The notes: a model not told the origin generated them from the sequence alone. Shown: positions 20,814 to 32,693, numbered from the stretch's first letter. The stretch: 54,052 nucleotides of DNA from Pseudomonadota bacterium (GCA_041169105.1 JBEEJQ010000001.1:1-54052), one strand, 5' to 3'. Numbers and translations are program-made.

Positions 20814-21716
20814 ATGAGCAATTTCGATTGGTTGGATCTGGACGCCAAGCTGCTGCGGCTGCTGGTCACGGTGGTGGACACCGGCTCGATCACGGGCGCA
20901 GCCCAGCGTCTGGGCGTGACGCAGTCGGCCGTGAGCCACCTGCTGGACAAGCTGCGCGGCATCACGGGCGATGTGCTGTTTGCCAAATCGGGGCGCGGCA
21001 TCGTGGCCACGGCGCGTGCGCAAGCGCTGGCCGAGCGGGCCCGCGCCCTGCTGGGCGATCTGGAGCGCTTTGCCTATGCCGAAAATTTTGACCCCAGCGA
21101 ATGGCACACGACCTTCACCATCGCGGCCAATGACTTCCAGCGCGATGCGCTCTTGCCCGCACTCATGCAAGTATTGCGCGAGCAGGCCCCGGGTATGAGC
21201 TTGCGCGTCATCCCGTCTGATGTGCCCACGCCCGAGATGCTGCGCCAGGAGCATTGCCAGCTCATCATCAGCCCGCGACCGCCCGACGGGGCCGACATGG
21301 TGCAAAAGCGCTTGTTTGCAGACCGCTACCGCGTGTTTTACGACCCCGCAGTGCGCGATGCGCCCACCAGCAAAAAAGACTACCTGGCCTCCGAGCACGT
21401 CACCGTGGTCTACACCCCCAACCGCGCTCTGGACCTCGATGCACACATGCTGAAACAAGGCCTTGAGCGCCAATTCAAGGTGCAGGTGCCCGGCTTTGCA
21501 GGCCTGCCCTCATTTATTTTGGGCACTCCTTTACTGGCCACGGTGCCGGGCCTGTTGCACCAGCACCTGATGCGCGGACTGGCCCACGCCAAAGTGCCTG
21601 TGCCCTGCCCCGAGATGCCGATGTACATGATCTGGCACCTGCGGCACCAGCAAGACCCGGCCCACCAATGGCTTCGCCAGCAACTCGAAGCGGTGGCGCA
21701 ACCACTGGCTTCCTGA
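20814..21716 (+). CDS. LysR-family transcriptional regulator
   Basis: GSITGAAQRLGVTQSAVSHLLDKLR HTH; divergent from ligAB. Confidence 0.9.
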   Translation: MSNFDWLDLDAKLLRLLVTVVDTGSITGAAQRLGVTQSAVSHLLDKLRGITGDVLFAKSGRGIVATARAQALAERARALLGDLERFAYAENFDPSEWHTTFTIAANDFQRDALLPALMQVLREQAPGMSLRVIPSDVPTPEMLRQEHCQLIISPRPPDGADMVQKRLFADRYRVFYDPAVRDAPTSKKDYLASEHVTVVYTPNRALDLDAHMLKQGLERQFKVQVPGFAGLPSFILGTPLLATVPGLLHQHLMRGLAHAKVPVPCPEMPMYMIWHLRHQQDPAHQWLRQQLEAVAQPLAS

Positions 21717-21772
21717 TCCGAGTTTCGGCACCACACAGGACATGTGGCGCTGCTGATTTTTTTGCAATTTAT

Positions 21773-21797
21773 ACGCATACATATAATATGTATGCGT
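21773..21797. promoter_or_regulatory. Perfect palindromic operator upstream of the gentisate operon
   Basis: ACGCATACATA-TAA-TATGTATGCGT (11-bp arms) overlapping a TATAAT. Confidence 0.65.
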
Positions 21798-21976
21798 TCT
21801 TTAATGCATGAATTTAAAAATGACATGCCAGCACCACTTGGCGAATAGGGAATGCTGAGCCACAACAGCAAGATGGAAAGCTGCTCGCAAGAGCGCTCTT
21901 ATGATGCGACTGAATGCATGCTTAGCTGACACGCCCACGACAACCAAGCCCCCGATAGAACTGTGAGGAGACAAAG

Positions 21977-23014
21977 ATGCAAGAACTCGGACGACTCGAA
22001 GACCTGCCCAAAGACTATGTGCAGGACCTGCGCGACCTGAACCTCGTGCCCCTTTGGCCCAGCCTGCGCGGCGTGCTGCCGCCCAAGGTGCCCACACGAC
22101 AGACCCAGCCGACTTGCTGGGCCTACAAGGACATCAAGCCGCTCTTGCTCAAAGCGGGCGAGCTGACCCCGATTGAAAAAGCCGAGCGCCGCGTGCTGGT
22201 GCTGGCCAACCCCGGTCATGGCCTGGACAAAATGCAGGCCTCGGCCGCCATGTATTTGGGCATGCAACTGCTCATGCCCGGCGAGTGGGCGCCCAGCCAC
22301 CGCCACACGCCCAACGCGGTGCGCATGGTGGTCGAGGGCGAAGGCGCCTGGACCACCGTGGACGGCGAAAAATGCCCCATGAGCCGTGGCGACCTGATCC
22401 TCACGCCCACGGGCCTCTGGCACGAGCATGGCCACGACGGCACCGAGCCCGTGATCTGGCTGGATGTGCTTGATCTGCCCCTGGTCTATTACATGGAGGC
22501 GAGCTACCACATCAACGGCGACCGCCAGACCGTGCAGCCTGGCCGCAGCGACCAGCAATACGCCCGTGGTGGCGTCGTGCCTTCGCATGTGTTTGACCGC
22601 AGCAAGAAGGCCTATCCCATGCTGCGCTACGCCTGGAAAGACGCCAAAGCCGCGCTCGAATCGCTGGCGGCCGACAACGCGGGTCTGGAGCAGGTGCAAG
22701 TCACCTACACCAACCCCGAAACCGGTGGCGACGCTGAAAACATCCTGGGCTTTTACGCCCTGATGCTGCGCCCCGGCCAGACGCTGCGCCTGCCTGCACG
22801 CTCGCCCGCCCAGGTGTTCCACGTCATCGAAGGCGCGGTGCAAGCGCAGATCGTGGCCAGCACCTTCACGCTGGCCGAAGCCGACACCTGCTGCGCCCCT
22901 GGCTACGAAGCCGTGACGCTGACCAACCTGAACGCCAACCAGCCCGCCTTCGTGTTCATCGCCGACGAATCGCCCTTGCACCGCAAGCTGGGTGTGTACG
23001 AAAACCGCGGCTGA
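21977..23014 (+). CDS. Gentisate 1,2-dioxygenase-like cupin
   Basis: AERRVLVLANPG, PSHRHTPNA, GDLILTP..WHEH, WLDVLD; followed by FAA hydrolase and maiA. Confidence 0.82.
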   Translation: MQELGRLEDLPKDYVQDLRDLNLVPLWPSLRGVLPPKVPTRQTQPTCWAYKDIKPLLLKAGELTPIEKAERRVLVLANPGHGLDKMQASAAMYLGMQLLMPGEWAPSHRHTPNAVRMVVEGEGAWTTVDGEKCPMSRGDLILTPTGLWHEHGHDGTEPVIWLDVLDLPLVYYMEASYHINGDRQTVQPGRSDQQYARGGVVPSHVFDRSKKAYPMLRYAWKDAKAALESLAADNAGLEQVQVTYTNPETGGDAENILGFYALMLRPGQTLRLPARSPAQVFHVIEGAVQAQIVASTFTLAEADTCCAPGYEAVTLTNLNANQPAFVFIADESPLHRKLGVYENRG

Positions 23015-23026
23015 TGCCCCTCTTCT

Positions 23027-23100
23027 GTAGGAAGCTTGCCTGCAAGCGATGATTCCAGTGATTAACTGACCGTCCTATCGCCAGCAGGGCAGGCTCCTAC
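23027..23100. repeat. GTAG-family REP doublet, family C
   Basis: GTAGGAAGCTTGCCTGCAAGCGAT and ATCGCCAGCAGGGCAGGCTCCTAC, imperfect inverted arms with GTAGG/CCTAC ends. Confidence 0.7.
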
Positions 23101-23129
23101 AAACAACCTTTCACCTTCTGAACGCCCCC

Positions 23130-23831
23130 ATGACCTCTTACCTCTTCAACCCGCCCGCCGTCCAGTCCCTGCCCATCCGTGGCAAACAGGAGCGCTTCCC
23201 CATCAACCGCATCTTCTGCGTGGGCCGCAACTACCACGCCCACGCCGTCGAGATGGGCCGCCCCGTCGACAAGAGCGTCGAACAAGCGTTCTACTTCACC
23301 AAGTCGCCGCAGACCCTGGTGGAAAGCGGCGCCACAGTGGCTTACCCACCCCGCACCAGCAACTACCACTTCGAGATGGAGCTGGTGCTGGCCATTGGCA
23401 AAGAGGGCTTTCGCGTGAGCGAGGCAAACGCGCATGAGCTGGTGTATGGCTATGCCGCAGGCCTGGACATGACCCGCCGCGACCTGCAACTGGTCGCACG
23501 CGACAAAGGCCGCCCTTGGGACACGGGCAAGGACATCGAGCAAGGCTCGGTCTGCACCGAGATCGTGCCCATGCCCGGCGTGGTGATCGAGAACGGCGCG
23601 ATTGCCCTCGAAGTCAACGGCGCCACCAAGCAGTCGTCCAACGTGGACAAACTGATCTGGAACATCCGCGAAATCATCGCCGACCTGTCCACCTACTACC
23701 ACCTGCAGCCCGGCGACCTGATCTACACCGGCACGCCCGAAGGCGTAGGTGCTGTGCTGCCTGGCGACAAGATCACAGGTCGGGTCGAAGGCGTGGCCGA
23801 AGTAGCGCTGACCATTGGCGCCGCGGAATAA
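23130..23831 (+). CDS. Fumarylacetoacetate-hydrolase family protein (probable fumarylpyruvate hydrolase)
   Basis: RIFCVGRNYHAH, YHFEMEL, LDMTRRDLQ, GDLIYTGTPEGVG. Confidence 0.88.
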   Translation: MTSYLFNPPAVQSLPIRGKQERFPINRIFCVGRNYHAHAVEMGRPVDKSVEQAFYFTKSPQTLVESGATVAYPPRTSNYHFEMELVLAIGKEGFRVSEANAHELVYGYAAGLDMTRRDLQLVARDKGRPWDTGKDIEQGSVCTEIVPMPGVVIENGAIALEVNGATKQSSNVDKLIWNIREIIADLSTYYHLQPGDLIYTGTPEGVGAVLPGDKITGRVEGVAEVALTIGAAE

Positions 23832-23891
23832 TGCAAGCCTCCAGCAGACACCATGCTTTGGCGTCTGCGATCCAGTGAACAGGACAACACC

Positions 23892-24530
23892 ATGAAGCTC
23901 TACAACTTTTTCCGAAGCGGCACCTCGCACCGCCTGCGCATTGCGCTCAACCTCAAAGGCATCGCCACCGAGTATGTGGCGGTGGACTTGCGTGTGGATG
24001 AGCAGCTGAACGCGCCCTTCAAGGCCGTGAACCCTCAGGGCATGGTGCCCGCACTGGACACCGGTGAGCAGGTCATGATCCAGTCACCCGCCATCATCGA
24101 GTGGCTGGAAGAAAAGTACCCTACGCCCGCCCTGCTGCCCGCCGACGCCGATGAGCGTGCACGGGTGCGCGCTTTGAGTGCCATCGTCGGCTGTGACATT
24201 CACCCCATCAACAACCGCCGCATTTTGCAAACTCTGCGCAAGCAGTTTGGTGCCAACGAAGACGCCATCAATGCCTGGTGCGCCACCTGGATCAGCGCCG
24301 GCTTTGACGCCTACGAAGCTTTGCTGGCCGCAGACAAGCAGCGCGGCCGCTTCAGCTATGGCGACGCGCCCAGCATGGCCGATGTCTATTTGATCCCTCA
24401 AGTGGAAAGCGCCCTGCGCTTCAAGGTGGACATGGCCCGTTGGCCGCTGATCAGCGCGGTGGACAAAGCCTGCGGCGAACTGGAAGCCTTTCAAAAGGCC
24501 GCACCGCTGGCGCAACCCGACGCGGGTTAA
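23892..24530 (+). CDS. maiA: Maleylacetoacetate/maleylpyruvate isomerase (GST zeta)
   Basis: MKLYNFFRSGTSHRLRIALNLKG, NPQGMVP, QSPAIIEWLEE, GCDIHPINN; AGGA RBS. Confidence 0.9.
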   Translation: MKLYNFFRSGTSHRLRIALNLKGIATEYVAVDLRVDEQLNAPFKAVNPQGMVPALDTGEQVMIQSPAIIEWLEEKYPTPALLPADADERARVRALSAIVGCDIHPINNRRILQTLRKQFGANEDAINAWCATWISAGFDAYEALLAADKQRGRFSYGDAPSMADVYLIPQVESALRFKVDMARWPLISAVDKACGELEAFQKAAPLAQPDAG

Positions 24531-24630
24531 AGCCTGCTGAACACCCACTGACAGGCCTTTGGGCACTGTCAGCTGGGCACAATGTGACTGCGGATAATGC
24601 CAAGGGTTTCAATTTCCGCCGAGAGTCACC

Positions 24631-25011
24631 GTGCTAGAGCGCCTGGTTTACCGTTCCAAAGCCACCCACAAGCTGGGCAGCTTGCACTTGTTCAACCTTT
24701 TGAGCCTGTGCCGCGAGAAAAACAAGCGCCTGGAGATCACCGGCCACTTGCTCTACACCGAAGAAATCTTTGTGCAGTGCATTGAGGGCCCTCCCGCATC
24801 CATCGAAAATCTGTGGCAAAGCTTGTTGCGCGATGAGCGCCACTATGACATCGAGCTGCTCTCGCGCGGCCCCCAGGCAGAGCGGCGCTTTGCCGACTGG
24901 AGCATGGCCTTTTCCAGCTATGCCCACTTCAACAAGTACAACATCTCCGGCTTTTTCCCGGTGGACCGAGACGGCATGAACGATGCCGCCAAGCGCTGCT
25001 CGGGCAACTGA
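24631..25011 (+). CDS. Stand-alone BLUF blue-light sensor protein
   Basis: RLVYRS, N...ITGHLLY, FVQCIEGP, DERH, RRFADWSM; conserved Tyr, Gln, Trp, Met. Confidence 0.88.
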   Translation: MLERLVYRSKATHKLGSLHLFNLLSLCREKNKRLEITGHLLYTEEIFVQCIEGPPASIENLWQSLLRDERHYDIELLSRGPQAERRFADWSMAFSSYAHFNKYNISGFFPVDRDGMNDAAKRCSGN

Positions 25012-25058
25012 AAGACTTGGCGGATCCTGCTCGCTGAGATCTTCAACGTCAAGGTCTT

Positions 25059-25133
25059 GTAGGTCGGCACCTTCAGGTCCGACATGACGGGCTGAGGCAC
25101 AACTTCCAGTCGGGGCTGAAGCCGCCGACCTAC
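25059..25133. repeat. GTAG-family REP doublet, family A (two variant arms)
   Basis: GTAGGTCGGCACCTTCAGGTCCGAC (25059-25083) and GTCGGGGCTGAAGCCGCCGACCTAC (25109-25133) between convergent genes. Confidence 0.88.
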
Positions 25134-25142
25134 CGAATCGGA

Positions 25143-26147
25143 TCAGCTGGCGAACGTCTCGGTATCCACCTCGCTGTTGGCCTGCGCGTTGTAGCGGTCA
25201 CCGGCCACGGTGTTCTGGTTGATGAGCGCTTCCACGCGATCGATCAAACCGGCATCCAAGGTCAAATCGACCGCGGCCAAATCGTCCAGCAAATGTTCGA
25301 CCGAGGTGGTGCCCGGGATCGGGATGATGTCATCACCCTTGTGCAGCAACCAGGCCAGCGCCAGCTGCGAGGGGCTGCAGCCGGCCTCTTTGGCCAGCAC
25401 CTCATAGGCAGGCAACAACTTCAAATTGGCGGCGTAGTTGTCCGGCGCAAAGCGGGGCATGGTGCGGCGGATGTCCTTGGCGTCGAAGGCGCTCACATCC
25501 AGCGGGCCGCACAAAAAACCACGTGCCACCGGGCTGAAGGCCACAAAGGCCACGCCCAACTCACGGCAGGCTTGCAGAACCGCGATCTCGGGGTTGCGCG
25601 TCCACAGCGAATACTCGGTCTGCACCGCCGCAATCGGGTGCACCGCATGGGCTTTGCGCAGCGTGCTGGCCGACACTTCGGACAGGCCAATCGTCTGGAT
25701 CTTGCCCTGGCGCACCAGGTCGCTCAATGCGCCCACGCTGTCTTCGATCGGCACTTGCTTGTCCCAGCGGTGCAGGTAGTACAGGTCAATCACCTCAGTC
25801 TGCAGGCGACGCAGCGCGTCTTCGCAGGTTTTTTTGATCGTCTCGGGGCGGCCATCGATCACGCGCACCTTGGTGCCATCGCCCTTGTCCACGCCCTGCA
25901 TGCCGCATTTGCTGGCCAGGGTGAACTTTTGGCGGTGGGGTTTCAACACCTTGCCCACCAGCGTTTCGTTGGCACCAAAGCCATACAAGGCGGCGGTGTC
26001 AAAAAAGTCCACGCCCTGGTCGAGGGCGGTGAGCAAGACGCGCTCGCCCTGTTCGGCAGAGACGGGCGCGCCATAAGCGTGGCTGAGGTTCATGCAGCCC
26101 AGGCCAATGGCGCTGACGGAGAAGGGGCCTAATGTGCGGTGTTTCAT
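25143..26147 (-). CDS. Aldo/keto reductase
   Basis: IGLGCMNL, FFDTAALYG, IDLYYLHRWD, GLSEVS, IPIPGT. Confidence 0.92.
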   Translation of the reverse strand: MKHRTLGPFSVSAIGLGCMNLSHAYGAPVSAEQGERVLLTALDQGVDFFDTAALYGFGANETLVGKVLKPHRQKFTLASKCGMQGVDKGDGTKVRVIDGRPETIKKTCEDALRRLQTEVIDLYYLHRWDKQVPIEDSVGALSDLVRQGKIQTIGLSEVSASTLRKAHAVHPIAAVQTEYSLWTRNPEIAVLQACRELGVAFVAFSPVARGFLCGPLDVSAFDAKDIRRTMPRFAPDNYAANLKLLPAYEVLAKEAGCSPSQLALAWLLHKGDDIIPIPGTTSVEHLLDDLAAVDLTLDAGLIDRVEALINQNTVAGDRYNAQANSEVDTETFAS

Positions 26148-26222
26148 GCGGCGATGTTAGTGGCAATTGGGCCAAGGCCATGCCCATTTTGATCAGCCCA
26201 CGCGCAGATACCGCACCTTAGC

Positions 26223-26237
26223 GAACGATAATCGCAC
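26223..26237. promoter_or_regulatory. Putative IclR (PcaR/PcaU-like) binding site
   Basis: GAACGATAATCGCAC resembles the PcaR-type site GTTCGATAATCGCAC as recalled from memory; just upstream of an IclR gene. Confidence 0.5.
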
Positions 26238-26255
26238 GGACACACCGGAGCCCGC

Positions 26256-27032
26256 ATGCCGATCACCGACCCCAACGAACTCGACGCCCGCGACTGGATC
26301 GCGGGGCTGGAAAAAGGCTTGTCCATCATCGAAGCCTTTGACGCGGCCCACACGCGCTTGACCGCCACAGAAGCCGGTGCACGTTGCCACATGACGCGCA
26401 CAGCCGCTCGGCGTTACCTCAAAACACTGGCCCATCTGGGCTATGTGGGCACCGACGGCAAGCTCTACTGGTTGATGCCACGCATCTTGCGTCTGGGCCA
26501 CGCCTATCTGGAATCGGCCAGACTGCCTCGTCTGGTGCAACCGTTTTTGCAACGCATCACGGCGGGCACCGAAGAGATCGCCTACCTGGGCGTGGTCGAT
26601 GGCGATGACACGGTTTTCATCGCCCGCAGCGACAGCCACCGACACACCTCCACCGGCTATTTGCCCGGCTCCCGCATTCAGGTCCAAGTGACTGCGGCGG
26701 GGCTGGCGGTGCTGGCCAGCCAAGACGAGGCCGCGATGGATGTGTGGCTGCAATCGCATGAGCTGCGCTCGTTCACCTCGTACACCCTGTCCAGCAAAGC
26801 CGAGTTGCGCGAGGCGCTGCTGCAGTTCAAGCGCCAGGGCTGGGCTGTGTCCGAGCAGCAACTGGAGCTGAATTTTCGGGGCATTGCCGTGCCCCTGCTG
26901 GACCGCAACAACCAGCCCCACGGGGCCATCAGCGTGACCATGCCCATCAACCGCGAAGAGACCGACCACGCCCTGCACCGCCTGCTGCCCGTCATGCAAG
27001 AAGCCGCACGCAACCTGCGGCCCTTGCTCTGA
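26256..27032 (+). CDS. IclR-family regulator (PcaR-like)
   Basis: IAGLEKGLSIIEAF, RTAARRYLKTL, QLELNFRGIAVP. Confidence 0.9.
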   Translation: MPITDPNELDARDWIAGLEKGLSIIEAFDAAHTRLTATEAGARCHMTRTAARRYLKTLAHLGYVGTDGKLYWLMPRILRLGHAYLESARLPRLVQPFLQRITAGTEEIAYLGVVDGDDTVFIARSDSHRHTSTGYLPGSRIQVQVTAAGLAVLASQDEAAMDVWLQSHELRSFTSYTLSSKAELREALLQFKRQGWAVSEQQLELNFRGIAVPLLDRNNQPHGAISVTMPINREETDHALHRLLPVMQEAARNLRPLL

Positions 27033-27070
27033 GTGCGCCCTGTGGGTTCGTGCTGGGGGCTGATCGCCCC

Positions 27071-28432
27071 TCAGGCCCCTGCCCCTGCCGACGGGCCTTG
27101 GGGAGAAGAAAAAGACCAGGGCATGTTGGCGATGTCCACCCTTTCCAGCTGCGTGTACGAGCCTGGATAGGCCGACTGGTCGATCAGCTTGGCGTTGGCC
27201 GAGATCAGGTGGCCTTGCGGGTCCTTGAACCACATCATGTAGGGCTGGCGGGCCAGCAGCTCCTGCTGCTGGCGCTCGCGCTCCAGCGTCTGGGCCACCT
27301 CGCGTTTTTCCTGGGTCACATCGATCAACACCAGCTGGCACTCCTGCCCCTCGTCGTCCAGCGTGGCGTCAATGCGCACCACCATCGCATCGCGGTGGTC
27401 CGTGGCCAGCAGCGTCACCTCGCAATAGCGCCTGCACTTACCGCTGAGGACTTCCTGATGAAAGTCGCCAAACCGCGCTTGATCCGCAGGCTGGATGAAA
27501 CCCAAAAAATCGGCTGGCCTGCCCTGCGAGCGCTGGATGTCCAGCATGATCGCCCCTGCCAGGTTGGTCTGCAGAACCTGGCCTTGGGCATCCAGACTCA
27601 CAAAGCCCACAGGCGCGAAGTCGTAGGCGTCTTGGTACTTTTGCTGGCGGGCGTCATCGGTCGCCACCGCCGTCTGTGCCAAGTCAAAGGGCAAGGCCGA
27701 CGCGTCCGACAGGGCTTGCGCACGCTCAAACAAACGCCGGGTCTCGGAGGACACCAAGGCAAAACATTCACACACCTGTGAGGCCAGGCCGTCACGATCC
27801 AGGATGTCGATCCTGCCGCGCCCACTGGCCACAAGGCCCGCACCTTGAAGCTTGCCCAAGGCTTGGGTGACCGACTCACGCCGCACGCCCAGCATGTTGG
27901 AGATCATTTCATGCGTGACCTTGAGCTGATCGCCCGGCAAGGCGTCCGCGTTGAACAAGAGCCAGTAACACAGGCGCTCGCTGACGCTGTGGTGACCGAT
28001 GCAAACAATGCTTTGCGCCATCTGTGTGATGAGGGCCTGCACGTGGCACAAGGCCAGATGCTGCAACTCGCGGCAACGGGACAGCTCATCGACAAACACA
28101 TGCGCAGGCATGCGGTAAGCCCGTCCCGCACAGTGCACGATGACGCGGTGGCTCATGGCTTTGGCCCCCAGCACCAGGGGCATGCCCACCATGCCATCAC
28201 GGCCGATCATGGCCAGCTCGGAGGAATCGCCATCTTCGGTGTGGGACACCAAAGAGCTGGTGCAGGTGGTGGGGAAGTACACGAACTCCAGATCATCACC
28301 GGGCTCGCACACCACCTGGCCCGAAGTCCATTCCACCGGCTTGAGGTGCTCGGCCATGCGGCTGTAATGACTCAAGGGTATGCCGGCCAGAATCCGGTTG
28401 TGACGCGCACTGTCAACATGGGGATACAACAT
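27071..28432 (-). CDS. Crp/Fnr-family regulator fused to a C-terminal PAS domain
   Basis: cNMP-like domain (VYFPT..IGRDGMVG), HTH THEMISNMLGVRRESVTQAL, then YDFAPVGFVSLDAQGQVLQTN PAS start. Confidence 0.82.
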   Translation of the reverse strand: MLYPHVDSARHNRILAGIPLSHYSRMAEHLKPVEWTSGQVVCEPGDDLEFVYFPTTCTSSLVSHTEDGDSSELAMIGRDGMVGMPLVLGAKAMSHRVIVHCAGRAYRMPAHVFVDELSRCRELQHLALCHVQALITQMAQSIVCIGHHSVSERLCYWLLFNADALPGDQLKVTHEMISNMLGVRRESVTQALGKLQGAGLVASGRGRIDILDRDGLASQVCECFALVSSETRRLFERAQALSDASALPFDLAQTAVATDDARQQKYQDAYDFAPVGFVSLDAQGQVLQTNLAGAIMLDIQRSQGRPADFLGFIQPADQARFGDFHQEVLSGKCRRYCEVTLLATDHRDAMVVRIDATLDDEGQECQLVLIDVTQEKREVAQTLERERQQQELLARQPYMMWFKDPQGHLISANAKLIDQSAYPGSYTQLERVDIANMPWSFSSPQGPSAGAGA

Positions 28433-28728
28433 ATCAATCTTTCAAGGCATCAAGGTTGGAACACCGAATGGCCTGAAGGACTGCGCCCCTGCGCAGCGCC
28501 CACCATGGCCATCCACTGAGAGGCCATGGTCTTGGAATTGCGCGTTGGCGAACACTGATCGAACGGTCTGAATACCTATGCATGGTCGGCTATGCCCTTG
28601 GGCATAAAGGCCTGGTGAACGCCCGAAAGGTGTACGCACAAACCGGCATGGCCCTACCTGTTTCACCCCCTGTGCGGCAAGCCGCCTGACCCCTACGATG
28701 GCCTGAGCACATCCACCGGGGTCACACC

Positions 28729-29793
28729 ATGAAAAGACGACACTTCCATCTGCTGGCCTTGTCTGCCGCCTTGCCCGAACTGGCGCATGCACGCAAACCC
28801 GTACGGGCCACGCCCATCGATGCCATCGCCCAAATCAAGGCCCTGCGCATCACCACCGGCCCCTTGAGCCGGGGCTATCTGATCGCCCCCAACGGACGAC
28901 TGAACTGGTACTTCACCAACTTGGGGCTGCTGCCCATGGTGCAGTACCTCAACGCCACGGACCTGGACACTGACATCCGCCAATACCTGGACCTGTATCT
29001 CAGCCGAGTCGAGAGCAACAGCACGATTTTTGATGTGAACTTCAACGATGCCAGCTTGCAAAACATCACCCTGGTGCCCTCGGACTCCGACAACTCTTAT
29101 GCCGCCACGCTCGCATCGCTGACGGCCCGCTACCTCAGGGCCTCGGGCAACTGGTCCTGGTGGGATGCGAACAAGGCCAAGCTCCAGAACATCGTCGACG
29201 CCAACGTCACGGCCTTGCAAAAACCCAATGGACTGTGCCGTGTCTTTCAGCCCCTGCGCAGCAGCCCGGTGGCCAACTACGGCTACCTGATGAACAACGC
29301 CGAAGACTACCGGGGCCTGCGTGACTTCGCCGCCATCTGGGCCTTACGAGGCGAGTCCACGCTGGCGAACCACTACAACAACGTGGCCAGCACCATCGCG
29401 CAAAGCATCCTGCTGTACCTGTGGGACAGCGGCCACAGCGGCTTCAAGGTCAGCGACCAGGAGGCTTACGCCGACAGCACCTCCTTCTACCCCGGCACCA
29501 CCTGCCAGGTGTTCCCGCAGGCGTTTGGCATCAGCGAGCTGTCACCGTATTTCACGCCCGCCTACCAATTCCTGAACCGCTATTCGCCGCAGTGGCCCAA
29601 AGAAATTTACGACCCCTATCCCTGGTGCATGTTGGGCTATGTGGCCGCCAAACGCGGCGACACCGCGCGGGCAAAAACCCAGATGCTGGCCACCGAGCAA
29701 AAGTACGCCACTGCGCCTGCGCTGGTGACCATCAACGAGCTGGGCTTTTACCTGCGCACCCAAAGCCTGCTCAACGGTTTTGGAGACATCTGA
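28729..29793 (+). CDS. Tat-exported hypothetical protein, possible (alpha/alpha)-toroid glycoside hydrolase-like
   Basis: MKRRHF twin-arginine signal with AHA cleavage site; DSDNSY, NNAEDY, FYPGTTCQ, YPW motifs shared with 34804-35772. Confidence 0.6.
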   Translation: MKRRHFHLLALSAALPELAHARKPVRATPIDAIAQIKALRITTGPLSRGYLIAPNGRLNWYFTNLGLLPMVQYLNATDLDTDIRQYLDLYLSRVESNSTIFDVNFNDASLQNITLVPSDSDNSYAATLASLTARYLRASGNWSWWDANKAKLQNIVDANVTALQKPNGLCRVFQPLRSSPVANYGYLMNNAEDYRGLRDFAAIWALRGESTLANHYNNVASTIAQSILLYLWDSGHSGFKVSDQEAYADSTSFYPGTTCQVFPQAFGISELSPYFTPAYQFLNRYSPQWPKEIYDPYPWCMLGYVAAKRGDTARAKTQMLATEQKYATAPALVTINELGFYLRTQSLLNGFGDI

Positions 29794-29936
29794 TGAAAAC
29801 ACTGCTTTACACCCTGGCTGTGCTGGCTGCATTGCAGGCCTGCGGCGGCGACAACACCACACTGGACACCACGCCCAGCGCGACGACACGCATGGACGTG
29901 CCCATCAACCCCCTGCCCCACAATGAAAGAAATTGA
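29793..29936 (+). CDS. Small lipoprotein (47 aa)
   Basis: MKTLLYTLAVLAALQAC lipobox; ATG overlaps the upstream TGA (TGATG). Confidence 0.55.
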   Translation: MKTLLYTLAVLAALQACGGDNTTLDTTPSATTRMDVPINPLPHNERN

Positions 29937-30009
29937 AGGACAGATGTTGAGACGCTGGACGTCAAAGACAGCCAGCCCGCATGACTGGCGCTGAGCGCCA
30001 GTCACCCCC

Positions 30010-32472
<2,463 letters not shown>

Positions 32473-32693
32473 GAGAGTGTCCTTCCTGGAATCAAGGCAC
32501 GACAGCCACGCCGTCGCAGACCTTCAATTTAGAAATCCACGGCCTGCTTGACCGTTGCACAAACCACGCACGGCTGAGGCCTCACGCACCCTGTGGGGCA
32601 GCCCACACAGGCAGACAAGCACTGTGTGCTGGCAACCTGAACACAAGGCTTGCACACCGCACCATGGGCTCTACACAAAGATCAAGGTGATGT

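Noticed and set aside
28600-28670. GAAA-loop hairpin followed by ACGCACAA, loosely like a c-di-GMP-I (GEMM) riboswitch before the polysaccharide locus
   Set aside because: Lacks a convincing GGCAAA/GACGCAAA core and second stem by eye; an Infernal cmscan would be needed
32591-32610. CTGTGGGGCAGCCCACACAG imperfect palindrome as a Crp-family site in the divergent promoter
   Set aside because: Too degenerate to support without a motif model
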